NCBI GenBank assembly: GCA_950097015.1
Contig: CATNEN010000005.1
Span: 1,860,001 to 1,924,000, forward strand
Length of the DNA stretch: 64,000 bases
Reading direction: 5' to 3'
Origin: Macrostomum hystrix
Lineage: Eukaryota; Animalia; Platyhelminthes
A program made the position numbers and the translations under genes. Shown here piece after piece: positions 1-12,615 of the stretch. The notes beneath the pieces were generated by a model. It did not search any database and was not told where the DNA came from. It saw nothing but the letters and a program-made list of their open reading frames with translations. The first letter of the stretch is position 1. Each line of letters starts with the position of its first letter.

Positions 1-19
1 AAGCAATGATTGTACCAGG

Positions 20-1011
20 CCTGGCAGTTGGCAGGAGTAACAACACCAACCGTATTGTTTGCAAATCTTTTCGAGCATGTCTCGTCGGTACGCTGCCTTT
101 GTTCGTCCTGCTAGTTCAAGCTGGCCAAGATTCAGGAATGCATTCATGTTGGTGGCTAGCTCCGCCTTGATGGCGGCCTAGCGCTTCCATGCAGAAATTG
201 CGTTCTCAACAGGCGTGAGAAACGCTAATTCTTCTCGACGACGCCAGGCAGTTCTTGGTCTTCACCACCGTTGTGGCTGCTCACATTGTCAAAAACTATA
301 TAGGTCGGCTCGTTGAAAGCTTGCTGCATGTTGCCCACCAAGATGTTCAGAAATTCGGCTAACAGCTCCCTCGTCATGCCGGTCGGGTAACTTTGGAAGT
401 GAATGACTCCGACGGTTCGAGAAATTGCACAACAAATAGTCAGCCGTGGTCCCTTCGATCCAGCGACACGTCGATTAGGCTCTCCGACCTTGCTGCGCTC
501 TGCCAAATGATCTTCTCGTCCAGCAATCAAATCCGAACTCATCAACATAGACCTTTGGGCGGTTCACGACCTCGGCAGAACACCACCACTCGCAGTAGGC
601 TCGACGCTGTTGGAGATTCTCTGGTGAGTTCTGCTCCACGGACAGGTTCCTCACCAGCCTTGTCGTGTAGAGAAGCCCATCGAGATGACGACTAATGGTT
701 GTAAGCGACACTTCAGGCTTCGCCGGAAATCGAGCGTGCAGTCCAGCTTTGATCTCAGCCAGAGTAACACTGGGATTTGTCTCGATTGTATTCTCCATGA
801 ACTCCAGCATGTCCTGATCCACTCGTGCGAATGTACGGCCACCTTTTGGTAACTTTTCTACTCGTCCACTGCTAACAATAGCATACGTAGTGGTTCTCTT
901 GGTACCTAAAGCATGAGCAAGGTGAACGAAGTCGTCACCATTTTCATGGGCAATAATTAAGCGCCTCCTGTCGTTGTCGCTGACTTTGACGTTGACACGC
1001 GCCACGGCCAT
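20..1011 (-). mobile_element. Degenerate IS630/Tc1/mariner-superfamily DDE transposase (frameshifted, internal stops); probably runs to the window edge
   Basis: ORF 475..1011 has an HTH-like N-terminus and VYVDEFGF (first catalytic D). A shifted frame 225..548 carries IVFDNVSSH (second D). A further shift gives FLTPVENAISAWK, resembling the SPFLNPIE motif with the catalytic E. TIRs not identified. Confidence 0.8.
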
Positions 1012-1526
1012 ACAAAAGGCTAAACGGCAGGGCTAACCGAGAAAATGTTTAATAGGACAACAACTATGTATTCATCTGAAGCCTAAATCCATGTTACATG
1101 TAGGCCGCATAGCTCGTAAATGGTACACGTAGTCTATGGCAAAAAGGAATAGTTTGTGGAAAAGTTACGACTTGTGTTGTGTCAATAATGTTGTGATGGA
1201 GACGAAAGAGGGGAGGAAAACAAGAAGAATATATTATATTATATTAAATTGGAGTTTTGGAGTGGCGACAAACCCAGTTGAGATGTTTTGGGGCTAAAAA
1301 AGTATTTCAGCTCCGCTCCGCATCCTTGCAGCTGAAGAAAGCTGGTTGGCTGACGAATCGCCAGCTGTCGTGTCTTGCCTTAACATCTCCTTCTCCAACT
1401 CTTCCAAGCTTCTTCCGTCCGAGGTCCGAGGTGCGAGCCCCCACCAAAAGGGCCCGTTCCGGAATCCGAGAGGACGTCAGAGAAGACGCTTTCAGGGCGG
1501 TGCGCTCGCGATAAAAAGGCCGCGAG

Positions 1527-3092
1527 ATGCTGACAGACGCTGCCAAGCGACGCATCTCCTCCTACCTGGTGATGCTCGTGTTCTTTCTCTACAAGGCGTC
1601 CGAGAGCCTTCTGCAGCCGTCAGTCCGGATCTACATCTACCAGCAGGTGTGCCTTGGCGAAGGCATGCCTCTCGCAGTGTGCGAATATCAACAACCGGAC
1701 GATTGGCACTCGATCGGCTTGCGACGCATGACAGCCCAGGAAGAGAACGAGTTGCAGCGAAAGGCGTCCAACTACCTGCTGGCGTACCGGATTCTGCTGA
1801 ACCTGCCCGCCGTGCTCTTCTGCCTGTTCGCGGGCTCGTGGAGCGATCGCGTTGGCCGCAAGTACCCGATGATGCTGCCGCCACTGGGTGCGGTTCTCGC
1901 GGTCGGCTGCTTCGCGATCGGCAGCGCAGTCAGCGGCGCCGCCACCCTCGCCTGGGTGCTGGCGGGCGCCACCGTGTACGGATTCTTCGGCAAGTCCACC
2001 GTCATGACCATGGCCTGCAGCAGCTACGTCGCCGACACGAGCAGCCGCGAGGAACGCACGGAGCTTCTCGGTCGCCTTCTGGCAATGAACTTCTTCGGCA
2101 TCTTCCTGGGCTCACTGCTCACGGGAGTGATCCAGACCTACGGCAGCATCCATGCTGTACTGATTATCATTCTTGTGGTCAATCTAGCTCTTGAGCTGAC
2201 CATTGTGCTGCTCGTCCGAGAGTCTGTAGACACCGCCGACGTCGCTCCCTGCCTTCAGCTGGCCTGTCCGTGTGTGAACACCAGCACCAGGAGCCTCTCT
2301 GTGCGCGACTCCATCGGCTTCCTGCTGCGCAGTCGACCGCAGCAGCTGATGCTGGTGTTTCTGTTCGCTTCTCTCTGCGTCAACCAGATCTGCAAGCAGG
2401 GAGAGCAGGATGTCATTCTGCTGCTGGTCGAGCACGCTCCATTCAACTGGCCCGGCCAGTACTACGGCTACTACCTGTCCGTGTACTATGCCTGCATGGG
2501 ACTCAACCTTGTGCTCATCCTGCCGCTGTTGACGCGCTCTATGAAGCCTCGCGACTCCGCCCTGATCATGATCGGCCTGCTCATGAAGATTATTCGCCTT
2601 GTCATCACCAGCCTCGCCCAGACCACCTGGCTGCTGTTCGCTAGCGCCGTGCTTGGCTGCTTCGCGGGGTTCATTGTGTCCGCCACCAAGTCGATGACTT
2701 CCAAACTGGTCGACGAAGCCGAGATAGGCCAGACATTCTCGCTGCTGTCCTGCGCTGAAGCACTAGCCAATCTGATTGGTCCGGTGGTGTTCATGCCGAT
2801 CTACGCCGCCACCGTCGACTTGTTTCCTGGAATGATCTTTAGCCTTGACGCTGGAGTGCACTTTCTTCTGCTCTGCTGCTTCCTGAAGATCTACCTAAGC
2901 GGCGGTGACGCTGATGACAACGAACAGGCGTTGGTTGGCGCCGAGGAGGGCGCCGGTTGCGGCGGGGACGTCAACGGCGAGCTGACGCCCATCGCCGGAA
3001 CGGAGCGGGGCAAGCCAGGAATCAGTGTGCATCGAGTTCGTCAGCGTTCAACCGGAGAGTCCAACGAAGCAGCCGATTTGGACAAACCTTGA
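1527..3092 (+). CDS. Intronless MFS transporter, SLC46/PCFT (proton-coupled folate transporter)-like, 521 aa
   Basis: About 12 hydrophobic segments; GSWSDRVGRK MFS motif A; YVADTSSREERT; SKLVDEAEIGQTFS; GC-rich coding composition. Confidence 0.88.
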   Translation: MLTDAAKRRISSYLVMLVFFLYKASESLLQPSVRIYIYQQVCLGEGMPLAVCEYQQPDDWHSIGLRRMTAQEENELQRKASNYLLAYRILLNLPAVLFCLFAGSWSDRVGRKYPMMLPPLGAVLAVGCFAIGSAVSGAATLAWVLAGATVYGFFGKSTVMTMACSSYVADTSSREERTELLGRLLAMNFFGIFLGSLLTGVIQTYGSIHAVLIIILVVNLALELTIVLLVRESVDTADVAPCLQLACPCVNTSTRSLSVRDSIGFLLRSRPQQLMLVFLFASLCVNQICKQGEQDVILLLVEHAPFNWPGQYYGYYLSVYYACMGLNLVLILPLLTRSMKPRDSALIMIGLLMKIIRLVITSLAQTTWLLFASAVLGCFAGFIVSATKSMTSKLVDEAEIGQTFSLLSCAEALANLIGPVVFMPIYAATVDLFPGMIFSLDAGVHFLLLCCFLKIYLSGGDADDNEQALVGAEEGAGCGGDVNGELTPIAGTERGKPGISVHRVRQRSTGESNEAADLDKP

Positions 3093-3887
3093 CGGCTCAC
3101 AGTAGCAATGCCGAACTCCACATGGGAATTAATCATCTTCGTGAATGAAGCCGGCTCAGGGAAAATACTCGAGGACTGGCTGCAGTACATGAAGACAGTG
3201 CAAGAAGAGAAATGAAAATTAACGCATTGAGCTCAGCTGATAACAGTTCATCTCTCATGTCGGGGCAGTTAAGCAAAGCGTGTTGTTTTGTGACTGCTGC
3301 CCACTAAAGTAAATTATTCATGTTTTATTTAAACAGCTGTCTGTTGGCAACTGTTAGTTCAAATGAAACTGTAACGATTCCTTTTGTGACATTCAGGAAC
3401 CCCGAATAACGAATGTACTTTAAAGGACAGTTCAAACACTCTTTCGATATAATTATTGTTAAGCAAAAGAATGTAACCGCAAAGTCACTGATTGTTAATA
3501 AATTTTATTGAGTCTCGTCGGGAAGAGAGAAAAAGTTCAAGATGGACTCTGCACTGAGCAATGACGGATTTCACAGCATTCAAACACTATTTATTCTATG
3601 TTCTTAATTAATTTATTTGTACAGTAAGCAACAGTAAGCAACCTATTAAAACAAATCAACTTGACTGGGCCAGTGTCAATGGCACAATCCGTCATATTGT
3701 CCATAAAACATCAATATGCTTTACGGTTGGACACATTTTAGCTTATAAAAATATACATGGACTTCTACAGCTGGATGCTAGCTATAGAAGTCCATGGTTG
3801 CATACAAGAGGAACTCTTATCAGAATTAAAATATTATTGAAGCCTTGACAAGTCCGCACTTATAAAGTAATCCTATTATATATTGAT

Positions 3888-4280
3888 GGGAGATGGGATA
3901 AGAGGGATGGGGTGAGAGAGATGGGATAAGAGGGATGGGATGAGAGAGATGGGATGAGAGAGATGGGATAAGAGGGATGGGATGAGAGAGATGGGATAAG
4001 AGGGATGGGATGAGAGAGATGGGATGAGAGAGATGGGATGAGAGAGATGGGATAAGAGGTATGGGATGAGAGAGATGGGATGAGAGAGATGGGATAAGAG
4101 GGATGGGATGAGACAGATGGGATGAGAGAGATGGGATGAGAGAGATGGGATGAGAGAGATGGGATAAGAGGGATGGGGTGAGAGAGATGGGATAAGAGGG
4201 ATGGGATGAGAGGGATGGGATGAGAGAGATGGGATGAGAGAGATGGGATAAGCGGGATGGGATGAGAGAGATGGGATTGT
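3888..4280 (+). repeat. Purine-rich satellite, ~14-15 bp (GGGATGAGAGAGAT / GGGATAAGAGGGAT)
   Basis: Directly visible tandem units. Confidence 0.95.
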
Positions 4281-5266
4281 GCTGTTAGCTTGTACCTTAT
4301 CTCTAAGCCCACTTTCGATGCCCAGAACTTTTCTTACCTAGCTGGGCTCATTTACTTATATCCCTAATCAGGTTAGAGAAAAATGGTGTTGCAACTAAAA
4401 AAGCAATCTGCCAGCTCAAACGCCCTCACATATGCAGGCGTGGACTCTCCTTAGGAAAGTTTCTCAATTCCGTCCCACAAGTCGCTTCCAACGCGGCCCT
4501 GAAAATTGAGCGGTGCCTGCTCCATAGCATTTTTTAGCGGGCTGCATGGTCGACTGAGCTCAATTTTCTCCTCAAAACCGCTGGGGACTTCTGGTGGGAA
4601 GAAAATACAGAGGGCTCTGGCTTGGAGAGACAGAGAGAATGGAAGGGGAAATCTGCAAAGAAAATGCTGGAGCTGGGTGGATGCTGTGTTTTCCCGTCTA
4701 TTTGAGTGGCCTGGCAATTTTCTAATCTAAATAACTTCCCGCAGCGAGAGAAAGTATTTGGCACGCATGTCGCACTGAAGGTCACGAGCTCGAATCCGCG
4801 GCCAGGCATTATTAATTTAGGGCGCTAGAAAGGCACAGTTGAGAGTGTACACTGGCTGACAATGAGAAATGTACACTCCAGTGTACATTTCTCTGCTATT
4901 TTAAAAGTGACATTAATTAACATTGGTAGACTAAAATTATTTGAAATATATAAATTACCCTGTCCTTTACTCCCCCCTTCTCTGTGCTTGTTTAAGTTGT
5001 TTACGCTCGCTCTTATCCCTCTTATTTGTACTTTCTCCTATCTCCCTCTATCTGTTCAACTTATTATCTAACCTTCACTTCTCTTTCCTTTCCCTCATCT
5101 CTGATTGGCTCGTCTAATCGTCTCTCTTTCCTCACCCTCTCCTTTTCAGCTCTTACCCTCTGGCCCGTCCTTACTCGTGTTACCCTTCTGCCCCTCCTTA
5201 TCTCTTGGTTAAAATATTTGATTCTCGACTAGAGGGCTTCGGCCAGCCGTTTTCGATTCTTTCAGG

Positions 5267-5305
5267 CCGTCAACACTGGCTCTTACTGCGAAGACTCAAT
5301 TTATT
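5267..5305 (+). other. Spliced-leader-exon-like fragment
   Basis: CTCTTACTGCGAAGACTCAATTTATT (5280-5305) matches the Macrostomum SL exon as recalled. The terminal GCATG and the GT donor are absent. Confidence 0.6.
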
Positions 5306-6039
5306 TAATAAGTCGCTACATGGCGCCTAATATTATAATTAAAATATTAGTTTCGCCCTGAACTCTTTAAAGTAGTTGAAAAATATCAATGACACCAGAA
5401 ATATGGTGTCTATTTAGTACTGAGTCTGCTATTTTCTATTTACATGGACAAGATGAGTTTAGCTATTTCAATATCGCGTTAACTTAAATAAAATCTACAG
5501 ATTGGACTCAAACACGATAGAAATCATTGCATTGCTATTTTTTGAAAAATTATCCCATTAAAGGATAACTGACAAATCAAACAGGCGGTATTTAGCTACT
5601 GCAAATGTACTTTTACTCGCCAGTGCGATAAACTGCTTTGCCTGAGCACTGCTCAAAACCGCAGATTGAGCAGCGCTGTTTGAGTCGACTGTGAGGCGTC
5701 TGGTCGCTTTGCCAATCAATTATTTTATTGATCACTTTCACTGACAAATGCAGTCAAGGCTCTTGTTACTCAGTCACTGGCTCTCCATCTCACGGTCTCC
5801 CAGCTGCCCACATCGCTGCACCAGCTCTTGTCCTACTAGCAAGCAGATGGCACACTGCAAATATTAAACTATAACAAAAGGGAGCGAAGATGTTCAAACT
5901 TTGTTCTCAGATTCTAAGGCACATTAAATATGGATTTATTTCAGCTGCTCAACAAGTTATCTGTGTGAGTGGCTTGTTTTAGCAAGAATACTTAATTTTG
6001 ACACTGCAATATGATTCGCTGATGAGATCTGACACAGTG

Positions 6040-6210
6040 ACAGCTCAAACATGAGGATCTGAGACAACGACAGCTTAAACCTGAGGATCTGACACAATGG
6101 CAGCTCGAACCTGGGGATCTGAGACAATGGCAGCTGAAACCTGAGGATCTGAGACAATCACAGCTCAAACCTGAGGATCTGATACAATGACAGCTGAAAC
6201 CTGAGGATCT
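6040..6210 (+). repeat. ~30 bp tandem repeat (GAGGATCTGAGACAATGACAGCTCAAACCT), about 6 copies
   Basis: Visible tandem units. Confidence 0.9.
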
Positions 6211-6719
6211 GGAAGTAATCCTTAGGATTGACAATCTCCCTGCCAAGTAAACAACGGGATCTGAAAACGAGGATCTGTATTTTCCAGAATTGAGCCACAT
6301 TATTTGAGTTGATCTGCACTTTAGACACATACGAAATAAGCGATATTTAGTCTGTGTCGCCAGCCCATCTATTAGTTCACACATCAAAAAGTGATTACAA
6401 ATGAGAAATTACTAAAGCATACAAAAAGTACTTTACACTACTTATTATCAGGCTACTATTGAAGTGGCTAGAATGTAATGAATTTTAGTATGTAGGAAAT
6501 GAGGCCTATCTACAGACTAGATAGGTATATGTGGAGTATTAGCATGCAGCCTCATTAGGCAAACGACATGCACAGATACTAACTGACCATCTCAGTTGAG
6601 CACTTGGATGTATGTTGCCACTGATTGGAGCGACTCAAAAATTGGGAAAATGTTGCAAAGAAGTGAGTTCTTTTATCTTTCACAGCAAAAAATTTTCCAG
6701 TAGAGATAGGGGAAATCAC

Positions 6720-6900
6720 TGCAGCCCAGTAATTAGAGATTTGCGATTGTGACTAGGAGGTCAAGAGTTCGATTCTCAGGCCAAAGGGAAGAAAATTCAT
6801 TATTTTACTCACTTGTAAATTGGCTATCAGCTGGTGTAATTCGGGTGGGCCTTCACAGACCATGGACTGAACAGTTGTACACAGCTTTGGAAGGCTGTGG
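6720..6900 (+). mobile_element. Degenerate copy of the tRNA-derived SINE
   Basis: B-box-like GAGTTCGATTC plus the CCATGGACTGAACAGTTGTACACAGC core shared with the 59059 element. Confidence 0.55.
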
Positions 6901-7329
6901 CTGTACATCTGGCCCAACAGTGCTAGGCCTGTGACAAAAATGATCCCAAACATGATTTCAACAAGGTTTCGTTTCAACGGGTTTCGCTACAATGGCCCAG
7001 TGTACACACTTTGGGATGCCATGCAGCTTCCTCAGTTCCGATCGATGCCTAAATCAATCGATTAGGAAAAGGAGATTTAGTTAAGCTTCACCTATCAGCG
7101 GTTAGTCGTCGAGAAGGACTTCAAACCCACGAGAGCTGTCAAGGCTGTCCAATATGTATAATGCAACACCATCTGCTTGTCACACTCAACCCACGCACAA
7201 GAATTTACTTGGAGATGTTATTTTTGGCTGCACTTCTAGGAAAATAAAGCACTTGGCTGATTTGAGTACATAAAAAGCTGCTATGGTAAACTATGCATTC
7301 TTACATACACTTAATGCTATGGTACATTA

Positions 7330-7690
7330 GTACACGAGACAGACTTTAAGACACTCCAGGTACATAAGACACACTGCAAGACACTCCAGGTACATAAGAC
7401 ACACTGCAAGACACTCCAGGTACATAAGACACACTCCAAGACACTCCATGGGTACATAAGACACCCTTCAAGACACTCCAGGTACATAAGACACACTCCA
7501 AGACACTCCAGGTACATAAGACACCCTTCAAGACACTCCAGGTACATAAGACACACTCCAAGACACTCCAGGTACATAAGACACCCTTCAAGACACTCCA
7601 GGTACATAAGACACACTCCAAGACACTCCAGGTACATAAGACACACTCCAAGACACTCCAGGTACATAAGACACCCTTCAAGACACTTTG
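7330..7690 (+). repeat. 30 bp satellite (AGACACTCCAGGTACATAAGACACACTCCA), about 12 copies
   Basis: Visible tandem units. Confidence 0.95.
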
Positions 7691-8444
7691 TTATGTAGAT
7701 AAGGGCGATAAAAATGCTTGCATAAAAATCTTCAACACAGAATTTATCTGCAAGACAGGCTATGACAAAAATCCCATTTCTAAATGGGATCGTTGATCAA
7801 ATTTCAGATTTCCTGATTTCCTGAGCAGTGATGTGAGATGACTGACTAATTAGGCGAAAAATCTTCAACCTAGGCCTGAATCTGACACCCACAAGAGCAT
7901 TGCTTTGAGGCAGATTAAAGATTTCAGCAAAATAATTATATGAAAGAATGCGATAGAGCCAATTGAACTGATTGAAATATGAAGACAATAACCCCATTCC
8001 TTCTCTTCAAAGGCCTGCTTGGTTTCACGACTTTCTCAACACCTAAATTTCCCAATCCCAAAGCCGAAACTCAAATCCGCCTGACAAAGACATCTATCTA
8101 TCACTTGCTCTCAAAATCCCTCCTGTCACGGATACCAGGCGACTACTGCTCAAAGAAAAATAAATAAAGATTGACGTGACCCATTGTTGAGAGTTTTCCG
8201 TTGACAAGGTTTCAACTGAAAGTTAAGTTCATGTTATTTATAAATCATCTATCGTTGCTATGCAATGAGTTGGTGCCTGGCACTGGGTACAAACGGAGGT
8301 CACAGAATAGGAAAACACTAGTTCCTTTCCGGCTAAACTTGATAGATGAGTTGGGACAACTCTGGTTTGGGTGACATTGCTGTGAATGGGATTTGGCTTG
8401 TAGGCAGCGGCAGCTGAGAAAAACACGAAATGGGATATTTAAAA

Positions 8445-8820
8445 AGAAGTGAATGGGATGAAAGATGTGGGGTTTGGAGGAAATGGGATGGGATGAAAGG
8501 TGCGGGATTTGAACGGAATGGGATGGGATGAAAGGTGTAGGATTTGGAGGAAATGGGATGGGATGAAAGGTGTGGGATTTGGAGGAAATGGGATGGGATG
8601 AAAGGTGTAGGATTTGGAGGAAATGGGATGGGATGAAAGGTGTGGGATTTGGATCGAGGAAATGGGATGGGATGAAAGATGTGGGATTTGGAGGAAATGG
8701 GATGGGGTATGAAAGGTGTGGGATTTGGATCGAGGAAATGGGATGGGATGAAAGATGTGGGATTTGGAAGGAATGGGATTTAAAGGAAACGGGGTGGGAT
8801 GAAAGGTGTGGGATTTGTAG
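8445..8820 (+). repeat. ~35 bp purine-rich satellite (GGATGGGATGAAAGGTGTGGGATTTGGAGGAAATG)
   Basis: Visible tandem units. Confidence 0.92.
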
Positions 8821-9789
8821 AAAATAGGGCGATGTGAAATCGATGGGATTTGAAGGCACTGGCGTGGAATAAATGAATTTGGGGCTCGTGCTCTGAATTT
8901 GTAGAAAGAAATCTACATGCGCCATCAATGAATGTGCTAAGCATCTCATTGGGGTGAATATCTGTAATCAGTCTGTTTACGTGTTGCTCTGACAGTCTAA
9001 CCGCTTCTTAAATAAATAAGTAATAGTAAATAAATAAAGTAAATAAATTTCTTGATATAAGCAATACTAAGCTGACGGCAAAATGCTTATACTTCTACTG
9101 AGCAAGTAGTCTGATAAGAAAATAATCTTCAAAAAGTTCCGACAAAAAGTCAGTCTATGAAGCTACGAGTATAACAATCAAGTCTAAGTTCCGTTTGTTA
9201 AATTATTATTGCCACAATTCAGCGACTATACACATAATAGTATGTACACCTATACACCTGACAAAGTTGGTGTATTCTTCTAAATTTCAAAGTAAAAAGC
9301 CGAATTCATCTCAATTCTGGAAATGAAAGCCACACACACAACATAAAATGATGACGGCTTAGCGATTGCATCGAATTTTTGTAATTAATTTCTGTTTTTT
9401 GAAGTATGCAAATGAAAGCAACAGCCAAGTAAGACAGACCTTTAGGCAGAGTCAGTTTTCGAGTTGGTTTTTTATTTCACCACCCGTAGACGCAACACTC
9501 ATCCGTTGCCCCTTCTGCTGAAGAAATCGCTGCCGCATGAACACCAGGGGCACGGCTTTCGAGTGTTGCTTGTCATTTAATCTCTCCGAAATCTGGCTGC
9601 TGTCAGTGACCAGTTCTCGCATATCAGCAAAGCAGGCAAAATTTTCACGCAATATTCTCTCACAGACCTGGTGCGGAACAAGAAGCATGTGTTTCTCGAT
9701 TCAAAACAAAATTTCTTTAGGAGTGCATATTAGTTAGAGAATACTATTTTCCTTTGAAACTATTTCCGACCGCTCGATACCACAATGGA

Positions 9790-9875
9790 CTTTTTGAGAC
9801 CACTTTGGACCTTAGGAGACTGCTATGGACCTTAGGGGACTACTTTGGACCTTAGGAGACTGCTTTGGACCTATG
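9790..9875 (+). repeat. 20 bp tandem repeat (TTTGGACCTTAGGAGACTGC), about 4 copies
   Basis: Visible tandem units. Confidence 0.85.
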
Positions 9876-10959
9876 TAGATTTACAATAAAAACTTCCAGG
9901 ACGCTAAAACCAAGTCGTGTCTCTTAGAGCTATCTGTCGTTCTTTATCAGACGTATTTTCTGAAACTTTTACCAAAAAGGAGTCCTGATAAAATAAACCA
10001 ACAGTAAATTGTACAGTACTATTTGCATCCCTCACCCGAGCGGAAGATGTTCGTTCTCCCTGAATTTCAATCTGAGCGAATTTCGTCCACGCGTCTGAAC
10101 CTCGAGTTCGCCGGTACAGAATCGGTCGCAGAATTCTCAACTGACATCGGGTCAGGATAGCAATCTTTTTTATGTTTTGCGCATAGCAGTTTAATATGTG
10201 CAACAAGTCAGGACTCAGCATCAATACGAACACTAGGTGAGAATTGAGACTCTTTACTTCGCTCCCAAAGCCTGCAAGTTAGTAGTTTATAAACATGTCA
10301 TATTAGATACCGTACGCAGGCACAAACCCACACAGGGTGTGTGCAGGCATTGTTACGCTCTCACTGTGCCTTGTACGTTCGCCCAAATGAACGTGGCCTC
10401 GCCCCAGGGACCTTGATAGTCATGTATGGCATGATTTTCAACAGTGGAACTACCAAGAGGGGGGAATTCCCCCCTGAAAATTTTTTGTGCTGCACCCGAA
10501 CGGACCAGCGCAAGCACACGAAACTCAAGAAAACGGGCCAACCTTTTGTTGCGCATCTTCTGAAACAAGAATCAAGTCGCCAGCTCTTCCGACCGTTGAG
10601 ATATTCAGTGTTTCTGGCCGAAGGTCATGCAGATTTTTCTCATAAGCGCTAGTGTATTGCATACACCCATATTACATGATTTAGCACTGCGCCTCAGTGC
10701 GGCATTGCCAGGCCATTCAAAATTGATCAGCATGTCACCCGAATGTGCCCGCACATCTCCGTCTTCAGTGGTCACCTACCTTTATCTAGACGGATTTGCT
10801 GGACCTTCAAGTGCTACAATAGGTGGAACTATAAGGCAACAATGGACACGCTGACGCGAATATCTTTAATTTCACAGATCAAGCCAAAATATTCGGCGCA
10901 GCTCAACCACAGTACACCATCACCTAGTCTGTCAACCAATCAGTCACCACCCAACGCTG

Positions 10960-12615
10960 TTAGCATTCAGGCGCTGCAAAAAATCTAGTTTCCACCTTAT
11001 TATAAAAACGGGTGGCAAAATGGCTTGGCAGTCCTACTGTTAACGCGTTTTTTATCAAATAAACACATGTCAACTCACTTTTCCAGTGATGCATCTTTGT
11101 CTTAGCCAGAAATCTGTTCAAATCCGTTGACTGACAACGTTTTCTTTGCGGCAAACTCTTGCCAGTGCTTTCTCCGTTGACTTTCTCGGGTGAATCTGTC
11201 AACGCCGGCGATGGCATTTTGGTTGCCTTCGTATCGACCGATGCAGCCTCTTGCGTCCCAGATGTTCTCTTAGTCAATTTAGCCGATTTGCCACAACCTT
11301 TTGAATTCTTCTTTTTTTGATCGGGTTCTTCTGTCAACGTCGGCGATGGCTTGTTGATTGCCTTCGTATCGACCGATGCAGCCTCTTGCTTCAAGGTACC
11401 AGATGAACTCTCAGTCAATTTAGTAAATTTGCCAGAACCTTTCGAATTCTTCTTTGTTTGATCGGGTGAATCTGTCAATGTCGGCGATGGCTTGTTGATT
11501 GCCTTCGTATCGACCGATGCAGCCTCTTGCTTCAAGGTCCCAGATGTGCTCTCAGTCAATTTGCCAGAACCATTCGAATTCTTCTTTGTTTGATCGGGTT
11601 CTTCTGTCAACGTCGACGATGGCTTGTTGATTGCCTTCGTATCGACCGATGCAGCCTCTTGCTTCAAGGTACCAGATGTGCTCTCAGTCAATTTAGTCAA
11701 TTTGCCAGAACCTTTCGAATTCTTCTTTGTTTGATCGGGTGAATCTGTCAATGTCGGCGATGGCTTGTTGATTGCCTTCGTATCGACCGATGCAGCCTCT
11801 TGCTTCAAGGTACCAGATGTGCTCTCAGTCAATTTAGTCAATTTGCCAGAACCTTCTGAATTCTTCTCTGTTTTAAACGACGATGATATTGTAGCTTCAT
11901 CATTGTCTGTGCTGTTCAAATCTGTAGCTGCATCATTGTCTGTGCTGTTCAAATCTGTAGCTGCATCATTGTCTGTGCTGTTCAAATCTGTAGTTGCATC
12001 ATTGTCTGTGCTGTTCAAATCTGTAGTTGCATCATTGTCTGTGCTGTTCAAATCTGTAGTTGCATCATTGTCTGTGCTGTCCGAGTCTGTATCAGAGACT
12101 CTATAATGAACACCTGCCGACTTCTTGACGATTTCGTACTCAGTGTATGTTCCGTTCTGGTGCTTTGAGACGCCTTGGCTGTCAGACTTACCTGCCTCTT
12201 CCTCCGCTAAGGAACTGCTGTCAACTCCGTCTTCCGTTTCAGCGGAAGATGACAGCTCGGAAGTGGATTCCGATTGACTCAAATTTATTTTAGCTTCTGT
12301 CTTACTACTCTTATTATTAGTTTGCCTATTTTTAGAGACAGGAGCATTGCTAATTAGTTTTTGCGTGTCTCTCTTGTAATCACAACAGACGTACATTGTA
12401 GCTATTGAAATCTCGGACTGAGACGAACATAAATATAGAGATGTCATGCTGTCTAACTCACGAGAGTCACTCTCTGAGTATCTATAGAGTAGTGCAGCTG
12501 TGGAAATTTTTCGTTCAAGAGTTGATGTGGCGCCAATGGCCGGCTCAGACGCGTTTAACTTTAACTGAGGCTGCTTGTCGAACGAAAGAAGCACTTTCCG
12601 TTTGCAAGCTTCCAA
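10960..12615 (-). CDS. 551-aa Ser/Thr/Lys/Asp-rich ORF with in-frame internal repeats (about 5 x ~40 aa and 6 x 11 aa); function unknown
   Basis: Long stop-free frame across a ~120-bp repeat (11190-11870) and a 33-bp repeat (11890-12080), with non-repeat flanks. No recognisable domain. Confidence 0.4.
   Translation of the reverse strand: MEACKRKVLLSFDKQPQLKLNASEPAIGATSTLERKISTAALLYRYSESDSRELDSMTSLYLCSSQSEISIATMYVCCDYKRDTQKLISNAPVSKNRQTNNKSSKTEAKINLSQSESTSELSSSAETEDGVDSSSLAEEEAGKSDSQGVSKHQNGTYTEYEIVKKSAGVHYRVSDTDSDSTDNDATTDLNSTDNDATTDLNSTDNDATTDLNSTDNDAATDLNSTDNDAATDLNSTDNDEATISSSFKTEKNSEGSGKLTKLTESTSGTLKQEAASVDTKAINKPSPTLTDSPDQTKKNSKGSGKLTKLTESTSGTLKQEAASVDTKAINKPSSTLTEEPDQTKKNSNGSGKLTESTSGTLKQEAASVDTKAINKPSPTLTDSPDQTKKNSKGSGKFTKLTESSSGTLKQEAASVDTKAINKPSPTLTEEPDQKKKNSKGCGKSAKLTKRTSGTQEAASVDTKATKMPSPALTDSPEKVNGESTGKSLPQRKRCQSTDLNRFLAKTKMHHWKSELTCVYLIKNALTVGLPSHFATRFYNKVETRFFAAPEC

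Noticed and set aside
1257-3148. Overlapping alternative-frame ORFs around the MFS gene (e.g. 1346..2194, 282 aa)
   Set aside because: GC-rich shadow ORFs of the transporter with no domain signal.
5760-10650. Possible multi-exon minus-strand gene (CAICL, CTQC fragments and ORFs at 9452, 9904, 10353)
   Set aside because: I could not assemble consistent splice phases or recognise a domain; frames are interrupted by stops.
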